64,000 nucleotides of DNA from Planktothrix sp. GU0601_MAG3 (GTDB taxonomy: Bacteria; Cyanobacteriota; Cyanobacteriia; Cyanobacteriales; Microcoleaceae). Shown here in pieces: positions 21,401 to 32,371 of the stretch. The notes beneath the pieces were generated by a model. That model was not told the DNA's origin. It was given only the letters and a program-made list of their open reading frames with translations, and searched no databases. A program made the translations under genes and the position numbers. The stretch is from the NCBI GenBank assembly GCA_035193785.1, contig CP136572.1:640001-704000 (forward strand). The letters are read 5' to 3'. How positions within the stretch are numbered: the stretch's first letter is position 1; each line of letters opens with the position of its first letter.

Positions 21401-23552
21401 TTTTATTAGCGGATCAACAAGATCAATTAGGGGTATTAAAAACCACCGTGCAGATTGGTCAAAATACCTTAAAAACTAAAGCTCCAGAGGCAACAAAAAC
21501 GGAAATTTCCCAGGGATTAATGCAGATGATTTCTGGGATTCAAGAAAAAAATCGATTAGAAGGGCATACAGGAAGCATTTTAGGAGTTAGCTTTAGTCCC
21601 GATGGTCAGCAGATTGCCACGGCTAGTATACCGATCGGACGCTCAAAATTTGGAGCATTCAGGGTAAATTATTAACTGAATCTTCCCAATTTTCCCACGA
21701 AAGTCCGATTACCAGGGTTCGTTATAGTCCCGATGGAAAAATTATTGCCACCGCTACGGCCAGTGTCATTAACCAGGATCAAAATCAAGTATTATTATGG
21801 ACAGCAATGGGGACTCCTTTACAGCAGTTTCCCATGAGACATCTAGCCGTGATTAATAGTATTAGTTTTAGTCCCGATGGCAAGAAAATACTCACTTCGA
21901 GTAATGATAAAACAATTAAGTTATGGGGTTTAGACGGAAAATTAATTCGTGAATTTCAAGGTCATACGGATCGGATTTTTGATACGGAATTAAGTCCCGA
22001 TGGTAAAACAATTGCCAGTTGTAGTAAAGATGGAGAAATTAAAATTTGGTCGCTTGATGGTCAACTAATTCGCACAATTAAAGCCCATAATCAACCCGTT
22101 TATGATCTCGATTTTAGTCCCGATGGCAAACAAATTGTTTCCGCCAGTGGCGATCGCACCCTCAAACTTTGGGATGCGGAAACAGGTCGGGAAATTAAAA
22201 CCCCGATCAAGGGTCATAACGATGATATTTTAACGGTCAATTTTAGTCCCGATGGTCAATTTTTACTCAGTGGTAGTCGCGATCGCACCGTAAAACTCTG
22301 GAATTTAAACGGGGTATTACTCAAAACCTTTATCGGACATCGAGACAGTATTTGGGGTGTGGAATTTAGTCCCGATGGTCAAACCCTAGTGTCCGTCAGT
22401 GCCGATACGACCGCCCGCATCTGGGATCGGAGTCGAGATCCCTTAAATACGACCTTACAGGGTCATACAGAAGGGGTGTTGAGTGTGGGTTTTAGTCCCG
22501 ATGGTCAAAGTTTAGCCAGTGCGAGTGAAGATAAAACCGTGAAATTATGGGACGCCACCAAACCTCTGCAATATACTTCACAGCCTGCCCCGATTTTGCC
22601 CCATCCTAGTAAAGTCAACTGGGTGAGTTTCAGTCCGAATGGTCAAGAAATTGCCACCGCCAGTGAGGATAAAATCGTGCGACTCTGGACAAAAAAAGGT
22701 CAGTTGTTGCAAGCACTTTCCGGTCATACTCAAGCAATTAAGGCTGTGACATTTAGCCCCGACGGTCAAACTTTAGCCAGTGGGAGTGAAGATAAAACCG
22801 TTAAACTTTGGGACAAACAAGGAAAATTGATGGCTACTTTACCTCATCAAGATGCCGTCTGGGATGTCCGTTTTAGTCCCGATGGTAATACCTTGGCCAC
22901 ATCTGCAAGTTTTTTTGAAAGTCCCATCAAGCCTCCTAGTAACGGCATTACCCTCTGGACAAAAAAAGGCAAACAATGGCAACCGACCTTAGAATTACCT
23001 GCGAAAAATCTCGTGGCGACCTTAGCTTTTTTGGGCAATTCTGAACAAATCGCCGTGGCTGAAGATGATGTGGTCAGGCTTTGGAAGCTTCCAGGGAAAA
23101 AACCCCTCGCCTCTTGTCCTCTGGGACATAATGCTCAGGTGCAAAGTTTAAGTTATGATTCCCACCGAGCAATTTTAGCAACAGCTAGTGATGATAAAAA
23201 AGTCAGACTATGGCAAATTAATGACGATCTTTGGGACACATCGGCTTGTGATCAGATTCAACCTTTAATTGTTTTACAACAGAATGATTTTGTGAATAGT
23301 ATTAGTTTTAGTCCTGAAAACACCGGAATTCTGGCTATTGGTAAGGATAATGGCACCACGATTCTCTGGAGTTTAGGGAATTTAGACTTAAAAACTCAGA
23401 TGCGAAAAAGTTGTAACTGGCTTCAGGACTACCTCACCACCAACCCAACCCAATTACAGGGACACGACCGGAATTTATGCGATTATCCCGTAGAAGCAGG
23501 TTTTTCAAGATTTGATCAGATTTACAGATCAGCCAAAAAACCTGCCCTATAG
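18408..23552 (+). CDS. ~1713 aa multidomain protein: degenerate P-loop-like N-domain, TPR, STAND NTPase, coiled coil, TM helix, WD40 repeats; insertions at 20310-20314 and 21626-21631
   Basis: GQSGVGKSS Walker A, LIFDQFEE Walker B, SLREDYL, RPIELQVVG, YQLVHDYL (nSTAND1-type), TM LMGLILGTVVIGFATTLYI, many FSPDG...W repeats. The three ORFs join in frame after repair. Confidence 0.85.
23490..23551. repeat. GTAG-type REP-like inverted repeat overlapping the 3' end of the WD40 gene
   Basis: GTAGAAGCAGGTTTTT...AAAAACCTGCCCTAT. Confidence 0.55.
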
Positions 23553-23581
23553 TACATTCTAAATAATTTATAGTTATTACC

Positions 23582-24047
23582 ATGAATTCTAAAACGGTTT
23601 CACAATACGAACAGGATTTTTATGGCTGGACACAGTGGCAAGTAAGGGTATTAGCCAACAGACAAGTATCAGAATTAGATTGGCAAAACTTACAGGAGGA
23701 GTTACAAGCCTTGGGGAGACAGGAATACCGAGAATTAGTCAGTCGTCTTAGTGTCTTGTTAGGGCATCTCCTCAAGTGGCAATATCAACCAGAAAACCGT
23801 TTCTCGCAGTTGGTTTCTGACCATCAGAGAACAACGCCGTGCCATTATTCGCCATTTTTATCGTAATCCTAGCTTAAAGTCTCGCATAATTGACGCTTTA
23901 GAAGATGGCTTTGAAGCGGGAGTTGATTTGGCGCTACGGGAAACAAACTTGCCATTGAGAACTTTTCCAGAACAATGTCCATACAATTTTGAGGAAGTTA
24001 TCGCAGATAGTTTTATCTGCGATACTAGCCAAGATTGGGAATATTGA
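23582..24047 (+). CDS. DUF29 family protein; insertion at 23799-23803
   Basis: YEQDFYGW, LDWQNLQEEL, LLGHLLKWQYQP, then (repaired) RSRSWFLTIREQR...NPSLK...FPEQCPY. Confidence 0.9.
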
Positions 24048-24136
24048 GTACCGAGAGTGCCTTGAGAATTAAGTTTCACATCAGGAATATGTTATAAACC
24101 AAACTCTTTGGCGGTTGCTGTCACAATATATCCTCC

Positions 24137-26342
24137 CTAATCTTCCATTGTTTCTGCTAGAACTTTTGCTAATAATTTAACTATTGCTGCATTATCGGAT
24201 TTGGATTTTTTACTAACAGTAATTTCCGGTTGGTATTGAACTTGAGTTAATTGAGTTTTAGCTTGTTGTAGTTCGGTTTGCAGTTTGGTGATTTCTTCTT
24301 TCTGTTGATGAAACTGGGAAACATATTGTTCTAACTCGACCTGCACTTCGTCTAGTTGAAATTGAGTTAATTCTAATTCTTCTCGAACTTCATGCAGTTC
24401 TGAACGGGACTGGTCAAATTCTTTTCGCGTTTGTTGGAGTTGGGTTTGAGATTGTTCTAATTGAGATTGAGATTGTTGGAGAGCAGTTTGAGTTTGTTCT
24501 AACTTTGCTGATATTTGATCCCGTTGAGATTCTAACTCAACTAAATTTTCTGCATTTGCGTGCAGTTTAACTTGAGATTGTTCTAGGTCGGTTTGGGTTT
24601 GTTGGAGTTGGGTTTGTAATTGTTCCTGTTGAGATTGAGATTGTTGGAGAGCAGTTTGAGATTGTTCCAATTCTGCTAATATTTGATCCCGTTCAGATTC
24701 TAACTCAACTAAATTTTCTGCATTTGCGTGCAGTTTAACTTGAGATTGTTCTAGGTTGGTTTGGGTTTGTTGGAGTTGGGTTTGTAATTGTTCCTGTTGA
24801 GATTGAGATTGTTGGAGAGCAGTTTGAGATTGTTCCAATTCTGCTAATATTTGATCCCGTTGAGATTCTAACTCAACTAAATTTGCTGCATTTGCGTGCA
24901 GTTTAACTTGAGATTGTTTCTAGGTCGGTTTGGGTTTGTTGGAGTTGGGTTTGTAATTGTTCCTGTTGAGATTGAGATTGTTGGAGAGCAGTTTGAGATT
25001 GTTCTAACTTTGCTAATATTTGATCCCGTTCAGATTCTAACTCAACTAAATTTGCTGTACCTGCTTCTAGTTTAACTTGAGATTGTTCTAGGTCGGTTTG
25101 GGTTTGTTGGAGTTGGGTTTGTAATTGTTCTTGTTGAGATTGAGATTGTTGGAGAGCAGTTTGAGATTGTTCCAATTCTGCTAATATTTGATCCCGTTCA
25201 GATTCTAACTCAACTAAATTTGCTGCATTTGCGTGCAGTTTAACTTGAGATTGTTCTAGGTTGGTTTGGGTTTGTTGGAGTTGGGTTTGTAATTGTTCCT
25301 GTTGAGATTGAGATTGTTGGAGAGCAGTTTGAGATTGTTCTAACTTTGCTAATATTTGATCCCGTTCAGATTCTAACTCAACTAAATTTGCTGTACCTGC
25401 TTCTAGTTTAACTTGAGATTGTTCTAGGTCGGTTTGGGTTTGTTGGAGTTGGGTTTGTAATTGTTCCTGTTGAGATTGAGATTGTTGGAGAGCAGTTTGA
25501 GATTGTTCTAACTTTGCTAATATTTGATCCCGTTCAGATTCTAACTCAACTAAATTTGCTGTACCTGCTTCTAGTTTAACTCGAGATTGTTCTAGGGTTA
25601 ACAAAACCTCTTGGTACTGGGACTGTAAAGTTTCTAACTCCTGTTGGGTTTCCAGAAGTTGTTTAGAAATTGGGGATAGGGGTTTAACCGGATGAATTCC
25701 ATCCTCAGTCCTAACAGTTTGACGCACATAAAATGCCTCTCCCCAAGCGGGATGGTAAGGGGTTTCCTCTGCAACACAGTCAAATTGATAGTCGGTGAGA
25801 AACTGATTAACTTCTCCCGCTAATGCACCGCCTTCAAATAGTTCTTGATAGTGAACATTGGTGTAAATAGCATCTAGGTTATTCAGAAGTTGGGTAGCAC
25901 CTTCCAAGGCCAAAAGTTCAGCACCTTGGATATCGAGAATCAGAATATTAAAGTCACTAGGAGAGAGGTTCAATTCTTCAAGCAGAGTATCCAGAGTGCG
26001 CGAGGAAAGGGTGAGTTGTTGATTTTCTTTAATATTGGGGTAAATTTCGCTGTACTGTTTCCAGGGCAAGATAGAACTGCTAGACTCCAGGGAGGTTAGG
26101 TATAGGGTAACAGTATCGTTGTGGTTGGCAATAGCAGCCTGAACTACTTGAATATTGGGACTATCGGCAAAATTCTGTTGCAGTCGTTCAACGGCGCCTT
26201 GGTTGGCGTCAATAAGTAGGGTTTTAACCGTATTGGGGAGGTTGAGGCGTTTGAGGGTTTTGCCATCGTAAGCACCAACCAAGATAATGCCGCGTGGGGT
26301 GATGTTGTGGTGTTGGCAGAGGTCGGGAAAGTTGAGTTTCAT
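24137..26342 (-). CDS. FkbM-family methyltransferase fused to a long Gln-rich coiled coil (~734 aa); insertion at 24916-24920
   Basis: GIILVGAYDG, SSSILP, TLDTLL, ILDIQGAELLALEG, WGEAFY, then heptad repeats. Confidence 0.85.
24450..25595. repeat. Intragenic 168-bp (56 aa, 8 heptad) tandem repeat, ~7 near-identical copies
   Basis: Anchor ATATTTGATCCCGTT recurs every 168 bp (169 across the insertion) from ~24512 to ~25520. Confidence 0.95.
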
Positions 26343-26663
26343 GGAGATGGTCGCTCGATGTCTATTGACTTGATTGTCTATTGTATCAGGCTGTAAGCTG
26401 TTCAGCATCTAAATACTCTATTCCGAAGTAGAAACAAAGCTTTAAACAATGAATTTAACAACCAAACAGATCTTTTACATCGGGTAATAAACCCCCATTA
26501 TAATCTATAATTAAGTAACAATAATTGATTGGCAAACGAGGAAGCTAAAATTTCATCAGGAATTGGTTCTGGTATTTTGGAATGTAGTCGTTTGGAGTTT
26601 TATCGCTTGATTAGTGAACAGGGATATGATAATTTGTTTAAACAGATTTATTCTTGGGTTTTT

Positions 26664-27612
26664 ATGGGTAATAAAGTTATGAGTGCAGGTCGGTTGTTGA
26701 AGCAGGCGAATCAGTTGAAGCGGAAGGGGAAGTTGGATGAGGCGATCGCTCTTTATCATCAGGCGATCGAGATTAACCCCCATTTTGCTTGGACTTATTC
26801 TGAGTTGGGGGATGCTTTGGTTGAACATGGACGAGTTGATGATGCTTCAATTGCTTATCAAAGTGCTATCGATATAAACCGAAAGTCTATTTGTTTCTCG
26901 GCAGGATTAGAAAAACTGATACTCCAACGCAATGAAAGGAAGTTAGATCCTAAAAATTTGCCTAGTTTTGATACAAAAAAGCATCATGTAATTATTAGCG
27001 GAAACCGGGAGAGCAGGGACTACCTTTTTAGTTCAGCTTTTCACGGAGTTGGGTCTGGATACGGGTTTTAAAGATACAAGGAGTAATGTTTTTGAAAATT
27101 GCCATGCGGGAATGGAAAAAGATATACGCAGCGAGGATGCTCCATATATTGTGAAGAGTCCTTGGATGTGCGATTATATGGAGGAAATACTACAATCACC
27201 AAAATACGTTATAGATCATGCTTATATTCCTATAAGAGATTTATTTTCTGCGTCCGCTAGTAGAATATATGTAAGTCAAAATGCGAAAATCAATAAATTA
27301 AGTCTTAATGCAGTACCAGGAGGCTTATGGGATACGACAGATCCATCTAGGCAAGAAGATATATTATCTCGTCAATTGTATAAGCTAATTTATTCACTAA
27401 CCAAGTATGACGTGAGTACATCTTTGTTATTCTTCCCTCGTTTTGTACACGACCCAATTTATCTGTATAAAAAATTAAATTTTCTACTAAATACAATAAA
27501 TTATGATAATTTTTTAAAATCTTTTAATAAAACAGTTAAACCTGAATTAGTGCATGAATTTTCAGAAGATTTAGAACAGCTAGTTATTAGATCAAAAAGT
27601 ATTCAGACGTGA
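26664..27612 (+). CDS. TPR plus sulfotransferase-like P-loop domain protein; insertion at 27001-27005
   Basis: N-terminal TPRs. Repaired HVIISGTGRAGTTFLVQL resembles a 5'-PAPS-binding loop. Also IVKSP and PIRD. Confidence 0.65.
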
Positions 27613-27663
27613 AAGAATAATTACCAAATTGTTGAATTGATTAAATTATTGGATGTATTTTTT

Positions 27664-29298
27664 ATGATTAACAAGGTTTTGAGTGCAGGTCGGTTACTGA
27701 AACAGGCGAATCAGTTGAAGCGGAAGGGGAAGTTGGATGAGGCGATCGCCCTTTATCATCAGGTAATTGAAATTAATCCCCATTTTGCCTGGGCTTATCA
27801 TAATTTGGGAGACACCTTGGTTAAACGGGGAAATTTAGATGAAGCTGTTGCTTGTTATTCAGAAAGTTTAAAAGTTAATTCCAATTCAGCTTGGTTGTTT
27901 TATAGTTTGGGGGAGGCTCTAGCCCAAAAAGGAGATTTAGAGGCTGCTGTCGAATATTTACAAAAGGCTATTGAGATTAAACCTAACTGCGATAAATTAC
28001 ATAACAGATTGGGTCAAGTATTGGCTCAAAACGCTCTCAAAAGTAAGACGCTTGAAGAATTATATTCACAACATACCGGAAAAGTATCTGATAAATGGTC
28101 TTCATATTTCTTGGTATATAATCAAATCCTAAAAAGTTACAGAAATATGAATGTCAGATTACTAGAAATAGGTGTTCAAAATGGTGGCTCTCTTGAAATA
28201 TGGTCAAAATACTTTGCTAATGCGAAATTAATCCTAGGCTGTGACATCAACCCTAAGTGTGCCAATTTGAACTATGAAAATTCAAGAATTCATGTACTTG
28301 TAGGTGATGCAAACTCTGATGAAGTTAAAAGTAATGTGATCGAATTATCTAAAAGTTTTGATATAATTATTGATGATGGTTCTCATCATTCTTCAGATAT
28401 TATAAAATCTTTTGCCAGATATTTTCCTCTTTTAGAAGATGGCGGAATATACATAGTCGAAGATCTACATAGTTCATTCTGGAAAGAATACGAAGGTGGT
28501 TTGTTTTACCCCTTTTCCTCTGTTACTTTTTTTAAATATCTTATTGACATAATTAATTATGAACACTGGGGAATTGAAAAAAAACCAACAGACTTATTAA
28601 ACGAATTGTGTAATAAATATAGTTTTACAGTTGACCCAATTGATCTTGAAAATATCCACTCAATTACATTTTTTAACTCCCTGTGCGTGATTATCAAATG
28701 CAAACCGGAACATAATTCTCTAGGAAAACGTTGTGTTGTAGGATTAATTGAAGAAATTAGTAAATTACAGCAAAAGTTTAATAACACTTATAATGTGCCA
28801 CCAAGCCAAAAAAATAATCAATGGTCAGAGACTAACAAATACACGATAAATACAGCAATAAATACAACAACAATAATTACAACGATAATTCCATGTTCAC
28901 AAGATGACCCAGAAGCACTTTGGGGGTTTAATCTGGATGGAGTACGACAAACTAACACCAGTAACAGTAATGGAATTGAACTTATGTTAGGAGGTTGGGT
29001 GTTAGGAAAAAAATCGAAGGTGGAGGCTATAGAAATCATCTACAATCATGTAGTAGTTAAACAAGTTTTGATTAATTTCCCCCGCCCAGATATTGCTCAG
29101 GCTTATTCCCATTCACCTGATGCCGAGATGAGCGGATTTCAAACCATTGTTAATATAGGTGAACTTGTAGAGCAGGGAGAGTTACTAATACAAGCTGTTT
29201 GCTCAAATAAAAGCTGTATTCCACTCAGCAAAATTCAGTTTCAGGTAGTATACCGACACAGAAGCAGTAATTTTTGTCTTTTCGAGCCTGATATCTAG
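27664..29298 (+). CDS. TPR plus class I SAM O-methyltransferase (sugar methyltransferase-like) plus C-terminal beta-rich module
   Basis: Three TPRs, DKW..Y, LLEIGVQNGGS, DIIIDDGSH, GGIYIVEDL, and C-terminal GGWV...RPDIA...SGF. Confidence 0.8.
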   Translation: MINKVLSAGRLLKQANQLKRKGKLDEAIALYHQVIEINPHFAWAYHNLGDTLVKRGNLDEAVACYSESLKVNSNSAWLFYSLGEALAQKGDLEAAVEYLQKAIEIKPNCDKLHNRLGQVLAQNALKSKTLEELYSQHTGKVSDKWSSYFLVYNQILKSYRNMNVRLLEIGVQNGGSLEIWSKYFANAKLILGCDINPKCANLNYENSRIHVLVGDANSDEVKSNVIELSKSFDIIIDDGSHHSSDIIKSFARYFPLLEDGGIYIVEDLHSSFWKEYEGGLFYPFSSVTFFKYLIDIINYEHWGIEKKPTDLLNELCNKYSFTVDPIDLENIHSITFFNSLCVIIKCKPEHNSLGKRCVVGLIEEISKLQQKFNNTYNVPPSQKNNQWSETNKYTINTAINTTTIITTIIPCSQDDPEALWGFNLDGVRQTNTSNSNGIELMLGGWVLGKKSKVEAIEIIYNHVVVKQVLINFPRPDIAQAYSHSPDAEMSGFQTIVNIGELVEQGELLIQAVCSNKSCIPLSKIQFQVVYRHRSSNFCLFEPDI

Positions 29299-29344
29299 GG
29301 GATTAAATCGACTTGCGTCATAACTTATGCAGGACTGCGGTTTT

Positions 29345-30063
29345 TTAAATTTTTCTACTAATCAAAACCTCTATATATTCGGCTCTAATGCCCAAAGATA
29401 TATCGTCTATATAAACAATAGTTGTGTATAATCCACTATGCTTAAGGATAAAATCACAGATATCATAACCCCAATCTCTAGTTACTAATGAACCTTTCGG
29501 GTTTACCGGATTACCATGATACTGAGCTTCCTCTAAATAATTAATTTCACCATTAGCCTCTAATGTAGCACGCACATGGGAAGGTTTTTGCTTGTTTACT
29601 ATCGGTATACAGTAAATATATGCGCCCCTCCAGGCTTCAAAGTTCTAGCAATTTCTGAAAAAGCTTTTTCAGGATGAAAAATATGCTCCATTACATCTTG
29701 GCTAACAACTAGATCAAAACTTGCATCAGCAAATGTCTGATTTTCTAAGTCTTCATTTCTCCAGCCACTACTATGAATTGCACCTAAAAGGAATCCAGTA
29801 AAGTATTGACTGGTTTGATATTTTAGACAATTATTTTTTAGTTTAATACTAGCTCCCCTATTTCCAGGTGAAGATTCGTGTATAGAAAGTTGTTTCCATT
29901 GTGGGTAAAACTTTTATATACAGTACATTGAAACTCTTTCTCTGGGAATTGAGCCACAATTACTACACTTGTACTTATCTCTCAACCAAGCTTGTTGATA
30001 AGAAAACTCAACTTTTTTAGCGCAGGTGTAAGAATAGTCTCGATTTTTGATTATTTTTGTCAT
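29345..30063 (-). pseudogene. Class I SAM methyltransferase with N-terminal Cys motif; in-frame TAA at 29914-29916 (plus a likely artefactual GTATAC insertion at 29605-29610)
   Basis: Hand translation from ATG 30063: WLRDKYKCSNCGSIPRER...CI*KFYPQW...HESSPG...SQDVMEHI...LKPGG...YHGNP. Confidence 0.65.
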
Positions 30064-30118
30064 GGGTAATGTGATTTATAAAACATTGTTTGATATAAAA
30101 TCTGCAAATACCATTAAT

Positions 30119-30796
30119 TTAATCATCAAAAGAATAACCGAGGCACTCGAAATCACTAGCAAAAGCTTGTTCTATAATTTGCCTTGATTTATTGCTGTAA
30201 TATATTTTGAAATCCGTTTTTTTGCCTTTTGTCTTATTATGGTGTGGTATGTTTTGCAATAATTCAACTCCTAATTCTTGAAAAATTCTTTTAACCTCAA
30301 TATCTAATTGCTCAAGTTTGATAACTTCTACTTTACCTTCATCTATACCTTTAATGTATGAACTATACACTGATCGATTTTGGTTATTGAAATTATGGGC
30401 AACATATTCATCAAAATTCATACTAGCCAGCTTGGTTAGCTGATGTTCTCTAGCCGTAATCCACTCAGGTGCTTTTTTTCCCTCTTGTTTAAGTCTCTGA
30501 TAGCAGTTCACATTAAATACATAAAATGACACCACCCAATCAAAAGGATTTCTGGTGACTGCTAATATCTTCATTTTTTCAAGTTGAGCTAAGGTGAATA
30601 ATCTATGTGATATTAGCTGTTTGATACTACTATGTCTATAGTCCACTAAAATGGTCTTACGATCATCATCCCAAATATGATCTGTGAGAACAGGTTTCCC
30701 ACCAAAGTTCCTAATTAAAAAATTTTCAAGGGATGAACTTCCTGTTTTTGGAACACAAATAAACAGTAAATTTATTTCTTCACATAAAATTGCCAT
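30119..30796 (-). CDS. Sulfotransferase family 2 protein
   Basis: LLFICVPKTGSSS (5'-PSB), TRNPFDWVVSFY (3'-PB), final DFECLGY. Confidence 0.85.
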   Translation of the reverse strand: MAILCEEINLLFICVPKTGSSSLENFLIRNFGGKPVLTDHIWDDDRKTILVDYRHSSIKQLISHRLFTLAQLEKMKILAVTRNPFDWVVSFYVFNVNCYQRLKQEGKKAPEWITAREHQLTKLASMNFDEYVAHNFNNQNRSVYSSYIKGIDEGKVEVIKLEQLDIEVKRIFQELGVELLQNIPHHNKTKGKKTDFKIYYSNKSRQIIEQAFASDFECLGYSFDD

Positions 30797-30951
30797 TATT
30801 TATACCTCAATTTGTTACATTATATTATTTTAGCTTATCATAATATAATTTTGGTTTTTTGTCAAATTTGACTCTATAAATTTTATTAACTGGTATCAAT
30901 CATATAAATAAATATTAGATTTCTTGTAACGATGGTACAATTGGGAATATT

Positions 30952-32172
30952 TTAAGAATTTGGATAATAAAAATCAATACAATTAGTCCTCAAAAAGCCA
31001 TCTAGTTCTTGATTATAAAGATGATAGTATTCGTCAAGTCTATTTTTAATTAAAGATGATGTTTCAGGGTATTTGTTTTCATAAATTTTGCGTACATTAA
31101 TATCTAAATAATCCTCTAATTCCAGGAATGTAAATAATCTTTCAATAAAATTCTGAGGCTCACATTCTATCTGATGATAATTTAGAATCAGGATTTGCTC
31201 TTTTGGAAAAACATCTAGCCATGCTTTGAGATAGGTTATATATTGACCACCCATTAAATAATGAAGTGTCAATAAACTATCCTGTCCTTCTATTTTTATT
31301 TTTTCAATTTCTTTGTGGCTTAGATCCTTTATTTTAATCGATTTCACTTTTTCAATTTCTTGTTCACTGAAAGCTTGTTCAATACTTCTCTTTTCATCCC
31401 CTATTCGGTTAAATTGATGATAGTAATGTGAAATAGCTCTATCTGTAGGATTCCTTAAACAAACAATTATTTTGACTTTAGGAAAATTTGTTTTAATTGC
31501 CAAAGGAACACTTTGATCCAGTAAATAACTAGGACTGGCTTCGCCTCTGAGTAACTTTTGTCCCTTAGAATTTTTCCGATTACCAACAAATTGAGATGAG
31601 TACCACTTCCATCCCTTGTCTATTTTATAAGTAAAGAAATGTAATTCTTTTGGCTCTCGTGCAATTACTCTTGGATGTTGTTGGAGATAATTATAAATTG
31701 CGGATGTTGCAGATTTCATGGCACCAATAATTATAAAATCTGGCTCGTTTTTAGATAAATATTTCTCATATTTGATAGTGGCAAGCTTAACTATTGTTCC
31801 ATCGTCGAAAATTGCTTCTAAAATAATTTCCCCATTATCAGATAGTTCATCCATTTTAACATACTCTAAAAAACCAGATATTTCCGCATTAGGGAAATCA
31901 GGATAATTTAGGGCAACATCCGGTCTTGATCGCTCAACTTTAGTTTCTGTTATGATTTTTTCTGAAGTACAAAATCTAATAAATTTTACTGATTGCTTTT
32001 TACCTACGATCCAACCCGTAAAAAAAATGTTCTCACCAAATTCAGTAATTTGATTATGAATATTTGGGCTTTCTAGGTGAAAAATGTGATCGAGAGCCGT
32101 TTTATCCCCCAAAAATGTTATTTCTTTGACACAAGTTTTCTTGGATAATGAAAGATCATTAAAGCCGTGCAT
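30952..32172 (-). CDS. N-terminal beta-rich module plus sulfotransferase domain (heparan-sulfate ST-like)
   Basis: PDFIIIGAMKSATS, KELHFF, GEASPSY, LRNPTDRAISHY. Confidence 0.85.
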   Translation of the reverse strand: MHGFNDLSLSKKTCVKEITFLGDKTALDHIFHLESPNIHNQITEFGENIFFTGWIVGKKQSVKFIRFCTSEKIITETKVERSRPDVALNYPDFPNAEISGFLEYVKMDELSDNGEIILEAIFDDGTIVKLATIKYEKYLSKNEPDFIIIGAMKSATSAIYNYLQQHPRVIAREPKELHFFTYKIDKGWKWYSSQFVGNRKNSKGQKLLRGEASPSYLLDQSVPLAIKTNFPKVKIIVCLRNPTDRAISHYYHQFNRIGDEKRSIEQAFSEQEIEKVKSIKIKDLSHKEIEKIKIEGQDSLLTLHYLMGGQYITYLKAWLDVFPKEQILILNYHQIECEPQNFIERLFTFLELEDYLDINVRKIYENKYPETSSLIKNRLDEYYHLYNQELDGFLRTNCIDFYYPNS

Positions 32173-32311
32173 AAAATATTACTCCCCAAAATTTATAAAT
32201 TAAAGTTTTTTCTCAATTCCTCCCTAAAATTTCCTCAAGCATTTGACACCGTAAATCTTGACTTTAACTAATATTGCTTTTTTTGGGAGGTTTACATGAA
32301 ATAGGGATGTT
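31750..32311. repeat. ~560-bp direct repeat, copy 1 (upstream region plus first ~140 codons)
   Basis: Near-identical to 33001-33567. Confidence 0.9.
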
Positions 32312-32371
32312 TGAAGTGAAAGATTGTTTGTAGATTCCCACAATTGAGAATTTGATGCGGTATTACATTAT

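Noticed and set aside
24450..25595. Possible CRISPR array
   Set aside because: Contiguous 168-bp coding repeats with no unique spacers and no cas genes
26529..26663. 45-codon N-terminal extension of the TPR-sulfotransferase-like gene
   Set aside because: TTG start; the duplicated leader in the 27664 gene indicates the true start is ATG 26664
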